Source: an uncultured Alphaproteobacteria bacterium
GTDB taxonomy: Bacteria > Pseudomonadota > Alphaproteobacteria > Sphingomonadales > Sphingomonadaceae
DNA: 64,000 bases
NCBI GenBank assembly: GCA_963783195.1
Contig: CAWAMV010000001.1
Location: 642 to 64,641 of the forward strand
Reading direction: 5' to 3'
Shown here one piece after another: positions 10,081 to 23,025 of the stretch. Made by a program: the position numbers and the translations under genes. The stretch's first letter is position 1. Each line of letters begins with the position of its first letter. Under the pieces are notes generated by a model. It saw nothing but the letters and a program-made list of their open reading frames with translations, was not told the DNA's origin and ran no database searches.

Positions 10081-11759
10081 CACAGGACTACGAGCTGATC
10101 ATGCGGCAGGGGACCGATCCGTCGACCAATCCCTACAAACCGCCGCTTCCGCCGGCCAACTTCGCGAGAGTGGTGGAAGACGGCCTGATCTTCGAGCGCA
10201 ACCACCCAGTCACCATGCGCGATGGGATCACGATCTATGTCGACATCTTCAAACCGGAGGATTTACCGGCGGACCGGAAGCTTCCGGTGCTGCTGGGGTG
10301 GAGCCCCTACGGCAAGCATGGCAAGTCGGACGGGTTGTGGCCACCGGCGGGCATAGAACCGGGCTGGATCTCGCGCCACACCGCGTTCGAGGCGCCCGAT
10401 CCGGCCTACTGGTGCGCGCGCGGCTACGCGGTCTGCTATCCCGATCCCAGGGGTTCCTGGCTGTCCGAAGGGAATTTGCGGCACAATGGCATCGGCGAGG
10501 GTGAGGATTGCTATGACCTCATCGAGTGGCTGGGCACGCGCGACTGGTCCAACGGCAAGGTCGGAATGACGGGCGTCTCCTATCTCGCCTGCATCCAGTA
10601 TCTCGTGGCACCGCTCAAACCGCCGCACCTGGTGGCGCTCAATCCTTGGGAGGGGTTTTCCGACTGGTATCGCGAATTCGCCTATCACGGGGGGATCCGC
10701 GAGACGAACTTCATTGAACGCGCGTCGCAGAACCTCAACTGGTCTACCAACCTGACCGAGGATACAGCCGCGAATGCGCGCGCGCATCCGCTGATGGATG
10801 CTTACTGGCAGAGCAAGGCGCTCGACCTCGAGGCGATCGACCTGCCCACATTCGTGGTGGCCAGCTGGTCGGACCACGGGCTGCACACGCGCGGGACGCT
10901 GGAAGCGTTCAAGCGAATCGGTTCGCAGGACAAGTGGCTGCTCGTCCACGGGCAGAAGAAATGGCGCCATTTCTACGACCCCGCTAATGTCGAATTGCAG
11001 CGGCAATTCTTCGACCTTTTCCTCAAGGACGGCGACGGCGGCGCTCCGTTGGACTGGCCGAAGGTGCGGCTGCAGGTTCGCGATCGCGAGAGCGGCGGCG
11101 CTTTTCGCGACGAGCGGGAATGGCCGTTGGCCCGCACCCAATATCGCCCGCTCCATCTCGACGCCGCTACGGGGAGCCTGACGGCGGATGGCCCACCCGC
11201 ACAAGCGGCTTCGGTCGAGTACGACGCGCAGACGGGCAGCGCGATCTTCGCCATCCGCTTCGACGGGGCGGTGGAACTGACCGGCCATTTCAAGCTGAAG
11301 CTGTGGGTCGAAGCGGAGGGTGCGGACGATCTCGACCTGTTCGTAGGCCTTGACAAGCTCGATCGCGAGGGCGCGCGCGTGCCCTTCACCTTCTACGCGC
11401 TGTACGACGACGGGCCGCTGGCGCTGGGTTGGTTGCGCGCCTCGCACCGCGCGCTGGATCCGGCCCGCTCGACCCCCGCGCAACCAGTCCATCCGCACGT
11501 CTCCGAGGATATGCTGCGACCCGGCGAGCAGGTGGCGGTGGAGATCGAGATCTGGCCGACATCGGTGCGGTTCGAACGCGGCGAAAGCCTGCGCCTGACG
11601 GTGCAGGGCCGCGACATCTACGACGACGACAAATACGCGCTCGCCTTCGCCCGCCACGACGAGACGCGCAACCGCGGCACTCATGTCATCCACACGGGCG
11701 GCGAGCGCGATTCGCACCTGCTGGTCCCGGTGATCCCGATCGAGGGGGACGCGCGGTGA
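10077..11759 (+). CDS. CocE/NonD-family (X-Pro dipeptidyl-peptidase S15-like) alpha/beta hydrolase
   Basis: 560-aa ORF whose ATG overlaps the upstream stop as ATGA. Family motifs: GITIYVDIFKP, LLGWSPYGKHG, GYAVCYPDPRGSW.SEG, and the nucleophile elbow GMTGVSYLA. Confidence 0.85.
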   Translation: MTQDYELIMRQGTDPSTNPYKPPLPPANFARVVEDGLIFERNHPVTMRDGITIYVDIFKPEDLPADRKLPVLLGWSPYGKHGKSDGLWPPAGIEPGWISRHTAFEAPDPAYWCARGYAVCYPDPRGSWLSEGNLRHNGIGEGEDCYDLIEWLGTRDWSNGKVGMTGVSYLACIQYLVAPLKPPHLVALNPWEGFSDWYREFAYHGGIRETNFIERASQNLNWSTNLTEDTAANARAHPLMDAYWQSKALDLEAIDLPTFVVASWSDHGLHTRGTLEAFKRIGSQDKWLLVHGQKKWRHFYDPANVELQRQFFDLFLKDGDGGAPLDWPKVRLQVRDRESGGAFRDEREWPLARTQYRPLHLDAATGSLTADGPPAQAASVEYDAQTGSAIFAIRFDGAVELTGHFKLKLWVEAEGADDLDLFVGLDKLDREGARVPFTFYALYDDGPLALGWLRASHRALDPARSTPAQPVHPHVSEDMLRPGEQVAVEIEIWPTSVRFERGESLRLTVQGRDIYDDDKYALAFARHDETRNRGTHVIHTGGERDSHLLVPVIPIEGDAR

Positions 11760-12577
11760 GCGGGTTCGATTACGAGGCGTATGTCCAGGCCTTCAACCGG
11801 GGCGACGACGCGGCCCTGGTCGAGAAATACTTCGCGCCCGACTTCAAGTTCACCGGCACCACGCGGCGGTACGAGACGCGCGAGGAGTTCCTGCAATTCC
11901 TGCGCTGGGCGCACGACGGGGTGAGCGAGATCATCCGTCCGATTACCGTCATGCAGGAGGACGACCGGATCTTCGCCGAGATCGACATGGATTTCATCGC
12001 GACCAGGCCGCGTCCCGACTTCCCCTTCGCGCAGTTGCAGCCCGGCGACGTCATCACCGTCAAGTTCTTCGTCCTCTACCATTTGGACGCAGGCATCGTG
12101 ACCGAACTCAAATCGATGACCTGGCCGGCGGACTATCATGTCACGAAGGCACCGCTTCTCGGGGGAGGCGAGGGGCAGAAAGCGGCTTTCCTCGCCTATG
12201 CGAGCGCGTTCAGCGCCGGGGACGGCAATCGCTTCGGTCGCTTCTATACCGACGATATCGAGCTCGACCTGCCTTCGGCCCCGCCGCTGGTCGGGCGCGA
12301 TGCGGTGGTGGGATTCTATGCCGAAATGAACGAGCGGGTCCGCGAGTTCCTGACCGTCAATTCGCTGACGATGGACGACCACGGCATCGCGGCCGATCTC
12401 GTCAGCACCTTCACCGCGCACGCGGATGCGCCCGATTTCTCCGTGATGCCGCTCAAAGCCGGGCAGGCCGCCAGCGTGCGTGTGTTCGTGCACTACCGAT
12501 TGCGCGATGGCCGCATCTCGCAGATCAAGGTCGCGCGGGCGGGAGAGTCGCAGCTGCACGAACGATCGGGCGACTGA
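11756..12577 (+). CDS. Protein with two tandem SnoaL/NTF2-like domains
   Basis: GTG 11756 overlaps the hydrolase stop as GTGA. Two similar halves are present: YEAYVQAFNRGDDAALVEKYFAPDFKF... and FLAYASAFSAGDGNRFGRFYTDDIELDL... Confidence 0.65.
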   Translation: MSGFDYEAYVQAFNRGDDAALVEKYFAPDFKFTGTTRRYETREEFLQFLRWAHDGVSEIIRPITVMQEDDRIFAEIDMDFIATRPRPDFPFAQLQPGDVITVKFFVLYHLDAGIVTELKSMTWPADYHVTKAPLLGGGEGQKAAFLAYASAFSAGDGNRFGRFYTDDIELDLPSAPPLVGRDAVVGFYAEMNERVREFLTVNSLTMDDHGIAADLVSTFTAHADAPDFSVMPLKAGQAASVRVFVHYRLRDGRISQIKVARAGESQLHERSGD

Positions 12578-12655
12578 CCGGGGTTGCTCCGCCCTTTGCG
12601 GGCCATCGCTCCCGACCACCGGGGAAAGGCGAATTGACAACCTTCCCCGGGTCGT

Positions 12656-12665
12656 TGATTGGTCA
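12656..12665. promoter_or_regulatory. Candidate operator TGATTGGTCA
   Basis: Lies about 105 bp upstream of the carotenoid oxygenase ATG 12770. It belongs to the recurring TGAY-NN-RTCA family. Confidence 0.35.
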
Positions 12666-12769
12666 TTGAAATAAGCGCCGGCTCGCGAAGGGAGATACAG
12701 GAGGCCGGTGGCGACATTATTCGCCATGCGGTCCATCACGTCGCTGGCGACTGCCTGAGAGGAACCGCA

Positions 12770-14188
12770 ATGGAAACCACGTTCCCCGATATCGCCGCCT
12801 ACCGGGGCTGGGGCCGGCCCATGAGGGTGGAATCCACGCTCGATTATCTCGAACTGATCGAGGGTCGCGTGCCATCCGATATCGACGGGACATGGTATCG
12901 CGCCGGCCCCGATCGCCAGTACCCGCCCATGCTGGGCGAGGACGTGTTCATCGATGGCGAGGGCATGGCGCACATGTTCCGCATTCGCGACGGCAGGGTG
13001 TCCTACCGCAGTCGCTGGATTCGCAACGACCGCTTTAACGCGCAGGCCGAGGCGGGGCGCTCGCTGTTCGGGCGCTACCGCAACCGCTTCACGGACGATC
13101 CCTTGGTGAAGGGGGTTAGCGGCGGTACGGCGAACACCAATGTCATCTTCCACAACGACCGGCTGCTGGTCCTGAAGGAAGACGACCTGCCCTTCGAAGT
13201 AGACCGCGACACGCTCGATCCCGTCGGGCGCTACGATTTCGAGGGCAAGGTCAAGGCGACATCCTTCACCGCTCACCCGAAATGGTATCCGCAGGACGGC
13301 CGGTTGCTGGGCTATTCCTACCAGGCCAGGGGCGACGGCACTCGCGACATCGTGTTCTACGACATCGCCGACGACGGCGAAGTGCTCGACGAAATCTGGT
13401 TCGAGATGCCCTATGCCTCGATCGTCCACGATTTCGCGGTGACGCCGGACTGGGCCGTGTTCCCGTTTATGCCGCTGATAACCGATATCGAGAATCTCAA
13501 GCGGGGCGGGACTTTCTACCAGTGGCATCCGGATGAGGAGGTCGTCGTCGCATTGGTCCGCAGGGGCGGCTCGCGCGAGGATATCCGCTGGTTTCGCGGG
13601 CCCGCGGGTTCGCTCAGCCACATGATGAACGCCTGGCAGGAAGGCGACATGGTGCATCTCGACGCCTGCTACTACGACGGCAACTGCTTCCCCTTTTTCC
13701 CCACGCCGGAAGGAGTGCACGTCGAAGGGTGTCCGCCGATCCTGTCACGGCTCAGCTTCGACCTGGCGCGCAACGACGACGGGTTTGATCGCAACCCAAT
13801 TATCGCGACGCCGGGCGAGATGCCGCGGAACGACGACCGCTTTCAGGGGCAGGATTGCCGCTACGGCTTCCTGATCGTCGGCCGCGCGCCCGACGGTTCG
13901 AGCCAGCTGGGCAAGGTCGATCTGAAAAGCGGCGAGCTGACTCGCTGGAGCCCGGGGGAACGGTCATCAATCCACGAACCCCAATTCGTACCGCGCCACG
14001 CGCAGGCGGCGGAGGGTGATGGATGGCTGCTGGTGATCGTCAATCGTCTCGATGCCAATTGTAGCGACCTTGCGATCTTCGACGCCCGCAGTATTGAAGA
14101 CGGCCCGGTGGCGCTGCTGCGGATGCCGGTGCGCGTGCGATCGACCTTTCACGGCACCTTCGTCGACGGGGCGAAATTGCGGTCCTGA
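12770..14188 (+). CDS. Carotenoid oxygenase family enzyme (lignostilbene-alpha,beta-dioxygenase-like)
   Basis: Part of ORF 12659-14188; ATG 12770 gives METTFPDIAAYRGW. Four His contexts are present: FTAHPKW, IVHDFAVT, LSHMMNAWQEG, STFHGTF. Confidence 0.85.
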   Translation: METTFPDIAAYRGWGRPMRVESTLDYLELIEGRVPSDIDGTWYRAGPDRQYPPMLGEDVFIDGEGMAHMFRIRDGRVSYRSRWIRNDRFNAQAEAGRSLFGRYRNRFTDDPLVKGVSGGTANTNVIFHNDRLLVLKEDDLPFEVDRDTLDPVGRYDFEGKVKATSFTAHPKWYPQDGRLLGYSYQARGDGTRDIVFYDIADDGEVLDEIWFEMPYASIVHDFAVTPDWAVFPFMPLITDIENLKRGGTFYQWHPDEEVVVALVRRGGSREDIRWFRGPAGSLSHMMNAWQEGDMVHLDACYYDGNCFPFFPTPEGVHVEGCPPILSRLSFDLARNDDGFDRNPIIATPGEMPRNDDRFQGQDCRYGFLIVGRAPDGSSQLGKVDLKSGELTRWSPGERSSIHEPQFVPRHAQAAEGDGWLLVIVNRLDANCSDLAIFDARSIEDGPVALLRMPVRVRSTFHGTFVDGAKLRS

Positions 14189-14194
14189 CCGGCC

Positions 14195-14593
14195 TTAGAA
14201 CGTCGATGGGCCGTGGCGCGCCTCGGTAATGCGCCGGGCCTTGATGTAGCGAAAGCCTTGCGGGCCCAGCGCGTAGAAGATGAAGCTGGTGATGAAGATC
14301 GACTGCCCCTTCTCCAGCGGTCCCGCGATGAAGCCCGGATCGTCGGTCAGCGCCTTGAACTCGGTATCAAGTTCGACCGCGATGCTCTCCTCGTCCGCCA
14401 CGATCCATTTGAGCTCCAGCCGCTCGTCGCAAACCATCGCTACGTCGCGGTAGAAGGCCTTGATGGTCTCGGCGCCGTGGCGTTCGAAGCGGCCTACATC
14501 GAGATGCACGTCGGGCGCGTAGAAGCGGGCGAACCCGTCGAAATCCTTGCGGTTGAAGGCGGCGATGTATTCGCGAAAGTCGTCTTTGGTCAT
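14195..14593 (-). CDS. SnoaL/NTF2-like fold protein
   Basis: 132-aa ORF beginning MTKDDFREYIAAFNRKDFDGFARFYAPDVHLDVGRFERHGAETIKAFY. It converges on the oxygenase gene with a 6-bp gap. Confidence 0.7.
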   Translation of the reverse strand: MTKDDFREYIAAFNRKDFDGFARFYAPDVHLDVGRFERHGAETIKAFYRDVAMVCDERLELKWIVADEESIAVELDTEFKALTDDPGFIAGPLEKGQSIFITSFIFYALGPQGFRYIKARRITEARHGPSTF

Positions 14594-14775
14594 GCGGGTC
14601 TCCCTATTGCGCGAAGCGCCGGTGAACCCGCCACGCGCGCCGCCGCTGCTAGAGCGTGATTGCCGGTTTTTGATGACTAAGCAAGAAACCGTCGAACCTG
14701 GAGAAGTAGAAGGGCGTCGGCTGGGGGATGTACAAAGGGTAGAAAAACGCGATCGCCACTGCGCAGACTTTTATT

Positions 14776-14785
14776 TGATTAATCA
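14776..14785. promoter_or_regulatory. Candidate operator TGATTAATCA (perfect 10-bp palindrome)
   Basis: Lies in an AT-rich patch of the divergent SnoaL / aldehyde dehydrogenase intergenic region, about 87 bp upstream of ATG 14872. Confidence 0.4.
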
Positions 14786-14871
14786 TATAACCTTGTATAA
14801 TCCGGCCCTGTAGGCAGCGACCGGTCGCCTCGCGATCCGCGCTGCGCGGCGCATTTTCAGGAGCTTCCGCG

Positions 14872-16302
14872 ATGGTCGATTACCCGTCTCTCCACATGCT
14901 GATCGATGGTGAGCAGGTTTCCGGGGGCGCGCGGCAGACATTCAATGTGGTCAATCCCGCCACCGGCCAGACCCTCGCGCCGCTGCCGTTGGCGGAGGCA
15001 GGCGACCTCGACCGCGCGCTGGAGGTCGCGGAGAAGGGCTTTGCTATCTGGCGTAGGTCCACCCCGCAGGAGCGTGCCGCGGTATTGCACGGCGCCGCAC
15101 GGCTGATACGCGAGCGGGCGGACAGCATGGCCCGGATCGCCACCATGGAGCAGGGCAAGCCCCTCGCCGAGGCGCGAATTGAGGTGATGATGAACATCGA
15201 GTGGTTCGATTTCGCGGCGGGGGAATGTTCGCGTCAATACGGGCGCGAACTGGTCCGGCCCGAGGGCATGCGCTCGACCGTGCGCCTCGAGCCGGTCGGC
15301 CCGGTCGCGGCATTCGCGCCGTGGAACTTCCCCCTCGCCAATCCGGGGCGCAAGCTCGGCGCGGCGATCGCGGCGGGATGCTCGATCATCCTGAAGAGCG
15401 CGGAAGAAACCCCCGCCAGCGCGCTGGGGGTATTGCAGGCGCTGCTGGATGCCGGGCTGCCCAAGGAGGTGGCGCAGGCGGTGTTCGGCGCTCCCGACAT
15501 GGTCAGCCGCCACCTGCTCGCCAGCCCGATCATCCGCAAGCTGAGCTTCACCGGTTCGACCGTGGTGGGCAAGCACCTCACCAAGCTCGCCGTTGACAAC
15601 ATGATCCGCACCACGATGGAGCTGGGTGGGCACGGCCCAGTGCTCGTCTTCGACGACGCCGATATCGAGCGCGCGCTCGCCACTTCGGCGCAGGGCAAGA
15701 TCCGCAATTGCGGCCAGGTATGCGTCTCCCCCACGCGCTTCATCGTGCAGGAAGGCGTCTTCGAACGCTTCCGCGACGGCCTAGCGGAAAGGCTCGCCGC
15801 GACCGTGGTCGGCGACGGGCTGGCGGGCGATACCGCGATGGGGCCGATGGCGAACGCGCGGCGGCCCGACGCGATCGAGGGCATGGTGGCTGATGCTAAG
15901 CGCAAGGGCGCGCGGCTCGATACCGGTGGCGAGCGGATCGGCAACCAGGGCTTCTTCTTCCAACCGACCGTGTTGAGCGAAGTGCCGCTGGACGCGGACG
16001 CGATGAACGAGGAGCCGTTCGGCCCGCTGGCGCTGATCAATCCCTATCGCACCGAGGACGACATGATCGCCGAGGCGAACCGCCTGCCCTATGGCCTGGC
16101 AGGATACGCTTGGACCAACGACGCACGGCGCCAGCGGCGACTGGCCGACGCGCTGGAGTGCGGCATGGTAGGCATCAACACCGCCGCGATTGGCAATGCT
16201 GACGCGCCCTTTGGCGGCGTGAAATGGTCCGGGCACGGCAGCGAGAACGGCCCCGAGGGCATCCATGCCTGCATGGTGACCAAGGCGGTGCACGAGGGGT
16301 GA
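14872..16302 (+). CDS. NAD(P)-dependent aldehyde dehydrogenase
   Basis: 476-aa ORF with ALDH hallmarks: FAPWNFP, ELGGHGP, NCGQVCVSPTRF (catalytic Cys), EEPFGP. Confidence 0.9.
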   Translation: MVDYPSLHMLIDGEQVSGGARQTFNVVNPATGQTLAPLPLAEAGDLDRALEVAEKGFAIWRRSTPQERAAVLHGAARLIRERADSMARIATMEQGKPLAEARIEVMMNIEWFDFAAGECSRQYGRELVRPEGMRSTVRLEPVGPVAAFAPWNFPLANPGRKLGAAIAAGCSIILKSAEETPASALGVLQALLDAGLPKEVAQAVFGAPDMVSRHLLASPIIRKLSFTGSTVVGKHLTKLAVDNMIRTTMELGGHGPVLVFDDADIERALATSAQGKIRNCGQVCVSPTRFIVQEGVFERFRDGLAERLAATVVGDGLAGDTAMGPMANARRPDAIEGMVADAKRKGARLDTGGERIGNQGFFFQPTVLSEVPLDADAMNEEPFGPLALINPYRTEDDMIAEANRLPYGLAGYAWTNDARRQRRLADALECGMVGINTAAIGNADAPFGGVKWSGHGSENGPEGIHACMVTKAVHEG

Positions 16303-17948
16303 CCGGCCACGCGCCATCGTCTGCCGCCGGGACCAGCGACAATTCGCCGCCATCCCCGGCGATCTCGCGCGAGGGATGGCATGCTTTCGTGCTGATCTCC
16401 ACGGTGCAGGCGTTGAGTTTGCTGGACCGCAACATCCTTTCGATTCTAGCCGGGGACATCAAGCGCGACCTGGCGATCGGCGATGCCGAGCTGGGCATGC
16501 TCTATGGCACGGTCTTCGCGCTTTTCTACGCCCTGTTCTCACTGCCGCTGGGGCGTCTCGCCGATGGCTGGATCCGCACGCGCCTGCTGGCGATCAGCAT
16601 TGCCGTGTGGTCGCTCTCCACCGGGCTTGCTGCATTCGCCTCCGGGTTCACCACCCTTGCGCTTTCCCGGCTGGGCGTGGGCGTCGGCGAAGCCGCCGCG
16701 CAACCTGCGGGGACCAGCCTGATCTACGACCACTTCCCTCCCGCCCGTCGCGGACTCGCCATGGCGGGACTGGCCGCTGCGATCTCGGTCGGATTGGGGC
16801 TTTCGCTGATGCTGGGCGGATTGATGGCGGAATTGTGGGATGCTTCGTTTCGGGACTCGCAGGCGCCACTGGGCCTCGCAGGTTGGCAGTTCGCCTTCGT
16901 CGTGGCAGCGGCCCCGGGATTTATCGTCGCGATCCTACTCTGGCGTATGCGGGAGCCCGACCGCGGGGTGCTTGACGGTGCGACCGCTCCCGAAGACGAG
17001 CGACCGTTCCGCGCATCAGCAAATGTGTTGGGTGCGATCCTGCCGATCAGCAACTGGATTCTCCTGCGCAGGGCGGGCGTCGGACGCAGCATTTGGTTCG
17101 CCAATATCGCCGGGCTGTTCGCCATCTTAGCCGTATGCTGGGGGCTTGCGGTACTGGCCTCGAGCCTGGCCCCTCGACCTGCTCTCCAGCTGTCAAACTG
17201 GTCGATCGACCCCCACTACCTGCAATGGGGAATTGTCGGCTTCGGCAGCTACGCCTTGCTCAACCTCGCCCATTCTATGCGCCAGTCGGATCCACCAGCC
17301 TTTGCCCTGCTCACCTCGCCATCAGTTTTGATCGGAATGGTCGTGGGTTCGCTGCAGTCGGTTATCAACTATGGCATCATGGGCTTCACGCCGCTGTTCA
17401 TCATGCAGGAATACGATGTCAGCGCCAGCGAGACGGGATTGCGTTTCGGCATCGTCGTGGCAGTGCTGGGGATTTTCGGGCCGCTGATTTCGGGGCCGGT
17501 ATCGGATTGGGCCCACAGCCGAAGGCCCAATCGCGGCCGATTGTGGGTCGTCATATTCTCTCTCGGCCTGTCGCCGATCCCTGGCTATTTCACCTACACT
17601 GCACCCGATACGTTGAGTTTCTACACCTGGTTCGTCATTCACGCGCTGCTCCTGACGATGTGGCTGCCGCCGTTCTACGCGGTCCTGATGGAGCTAGTGC
17701 TGCCGCGGATGCGAGCAATAACCATGTCGACCTATCTGGTGACCTACACCATCCTGGGCCTTGGTATCGGGCCTTATACCGTGGGAATGGTAAGCGACGC
17801 CAACGATGGCGACCTAGGCACAGCTATCCTTTCAATCTTCACCGTTTCGCCGGTCATCGTCGTCCTGCTTTTCGTGATGCTGAAAACGGTACCGCGCGAT
17901 TTCGACCTGATCGCCCCGCGCGCGAAGCAGGCCGGCGAGGTGCGCTAG
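16299..17948 (+). CDS. MFS transporter
   Basis: Frame of ORF 16224-17948. I prefer GTG 16299, which overlaps the ALDH stop as GTGA, though the start is uncertain. MFS motifs (LLDRNILSILAGDIKRDL, LGRLADGW.RTR) and many TM segments are present. Confidence 0.8.
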   Translation: MTGHAPSSAAGTSDNSPPSPAISREGWHAFVLISTVQALSLLDRNILSILAGDIKRDLAIGDAELGMLYGTVFALFYALFSLPLGRLADGWIRTRLLAISIAVWSLSTGLAAFASGFTTLALSRLGVGVGEAAAQPAGTSLIYDHFPPARRGLAMAGLAAAISVGLGLSLMLGGLMAELWDASFRDSQAPLGLAGWQFAFVVAAAPGFIVAILLWRMREPDRGVLDGATAPEDERPFRASANVLGAILPISNWILLRRAGVGRSIWFANIAGLFAILAVCWGLAVLASSLAPRPALQLSNWSIDPHYLQWGIVGFGSYALLNLAHSMRQSDPPAFALLTSPSVLIGMVVGSLQSVINYGIMGFTPLFIMQEYDVSASETGLRFGIVVAVLGIFGPLISGPVSDWAHSRRPNRGRLWVVIFSLGLSPIPGYFTYTAPDTLSFYTWFVIHALLLTMWLPPFYAVLMELVLPRMRAITMSTYLVTYTILGLGIGPYTVGMVSDANDGDLGTAILSIFTVSPVIVVLLFVMLKTVPRDFDLIAPRAKQAGEVR

Positions 17949-17972
17949 CTGGGGCGCGTCGCCGGTCGCCGA

Positions 17973-19449
17973 TCAGGCCGACGCGAAAAGGCCGATATCT
18001 TCGCTGCGGGCAAAGTTTCCATGAAGGCCGAAGCGCAGCCGGATCGGCACGTGAATGGTGGCGACCGGACCGTTCGCGATCTCCAGGGCATTGAAAACCA
18101 GCAGATCGCTGCGATGTTCGTCGAGGCGGTTGCAGACCTGCATGACCCATCCCTCGCCCTCCGCGCTGTCGGCACTGCGCGGGACGAAGACCGGCTCCTG
18201 CAGCGACGAAACCGGCCCGCACCACCAGTGCTGCTCGTCACCGGTCTCGAGGTCCTTCAGGAACAGGCAGTTCATCAGCATTCCGGTATGACTGCCCTGC
18301 CGCAGTTCGACCGGGCGGGACGGGTCGATCTCCAGCCCCCAGGTGTAGCGCGCCTTCAGCCCGGTGAAGCGTTCGTCGATGCGGGGGAACTCGCTGGCGG
18401 TTTCGGTCAGCGGGACGATCTCGTCGAATTCCTCGCCGTTGCTGGCGAGATCGACCGTCCAGCGTGTGAGCTTGCTCATCGCCTGCACCGGATCGAAATC
18501 GGCGCCCGTGTACGTCGGGGAAAAAGGGGAACATGTTGTTCTTCGCTTCGGGAATAACGAAATGGATTTTCGTCCCTTCTTGCCAGGCATTGACGACGTG
18601 GCTAGCGAAGCAGTTGTCGCGCTTGAACCAGCGGATATCCTCGTCTTTCAGGTCGTCGCGGCGCGGGATGATGCCGAGGTAGACCGGCCTCGTCGTGTCG
18701 AAGCCGAAATGCGGCAGGCCCTGTTCCAGCCGGTCCCAGCTGCCGACGCTCGGCACGATGTGCAGCACGAGGTAATCCTCGGTGATCGCGAAGTCGTGCA
18801 TCATGCAGTAGTAGGGCACCTTGAACCACTTCTCGCGCACGAGCTCGCCGTTGGGGCCGATTTCCATGTAGGAGACATCGTCGCTGCATAGCCCGCTGGC
18901 GGCATAGCCGATGGCGACCATGTTGCCGGTGGCGGGATCGACCTTGGGATGCGCGGTGAATGTCTGGCTTTTCAGCGCGCCGTCCCATGTCTCGAAAGCC
19001 TCGGTCTCCATTGTCGCGGGATCGATGACCAGCGCCGGGCTGTCCTCCTTCAGCGCCCACAGCTTGCCGCCGAAGATCCACGCATTGGTGTTGGCGGTGG
19101 AGCGGATGCGCCCCTTCACGCTCTCGTCGTCGGTCAGCGGGTTGCGATAGGCCCCGAACAGCGCTTTGCCGGCTTCGCGCTCCAGCTTCCACTTGTCGGT
19201 CTGCGCCCAGCGCTGGCGGAAATCGACCTGTCCGTCGTGGAAGTGGAACCGGGTGATCATCCCGTCGCCGTTGAACGAGATGTCGTCGGCGAGGCGGGGT
19301 GGGAACTGGGGGTCGGGCTGCACGCGGAAGAACGCGCCCTCCAGCTCGCGCGGAATTTCGCCCTCGTGCTGCAGGTCGGCAATGTCCGCCTCGATCCGGC
19401 TGGGCGTGTTGAATCCCGTGAAGTTCGGCGTGTCGGGGAACTGGCTCAC
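17973..19449 (-). pseudogene. Lignostilbene-alpha,beta-dioxygenase homolog with one frameshift near 18515-18525
   Basis: ORFs 18238-19530 and 17973-18590 join at [12 protein letters not shown]|ADFDPVQ, where there is one extra base around CACGGGCGCC. Long stretches match the Sphingomonas paucimobilis LSD sequence as I recall it ([37 protein letters not shown]). Four His contexts are present. The GTG 19449 start is a guess. Confidence 0.85.
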
Positions 19450-19648
19450 TTCGCTGCATCCTTCTTGTCTGTTCGCCCAGTCTAGGCACTGCGGCGCGAC
19501 ATCCCAATCAACCCGGTTGTTGCGAGCCATTAGCCCGCCTCATGCGTTCGGACTGCCGTCGGCTTGATCGCCCGCCGCGCGGCCCTATCCTCACCATCAA
19601 CCACGTTGCGCGTGCGCGTACGGAGTATTAGAGCCGGGGCGAGTTTGT

Positions 19649-19658
19649 TGATTAGTCA
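19649..19658. promoter_or_regulatory. Candidate operator TGATTAGTCA
   Basis: Lies in the divergent region between the LSD homolog and the first GMC gene, about 50 bp upstream of ATG 19697/19712. It is the reverse complement of the 5669 site. Confidence 0.4.
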
Positions 19659-19711
19659 CGGTATGCGTCGGCGATCGCACGCCTGGCAACCGAAATATGC
19701 GGGGACAGGAT

Positions 19712-23012
<3,301 letters not shown>

Positions 23013-23025
23013 TTAGGAAACGCCA

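Noticed and set aside
5676-13720. Long antisense ORFs (5676-6725, 6801-8192, 10263-11717, 11681-13720, all minus strand) opposite the receptor, hydrolase and oxygenase genes
   Set aside because: These are typical high-GC shadow ORFs, with Arg/Gly/Ala-rich low-complexity products and no recognisable motifs. The opposite strand encodes clear family members.
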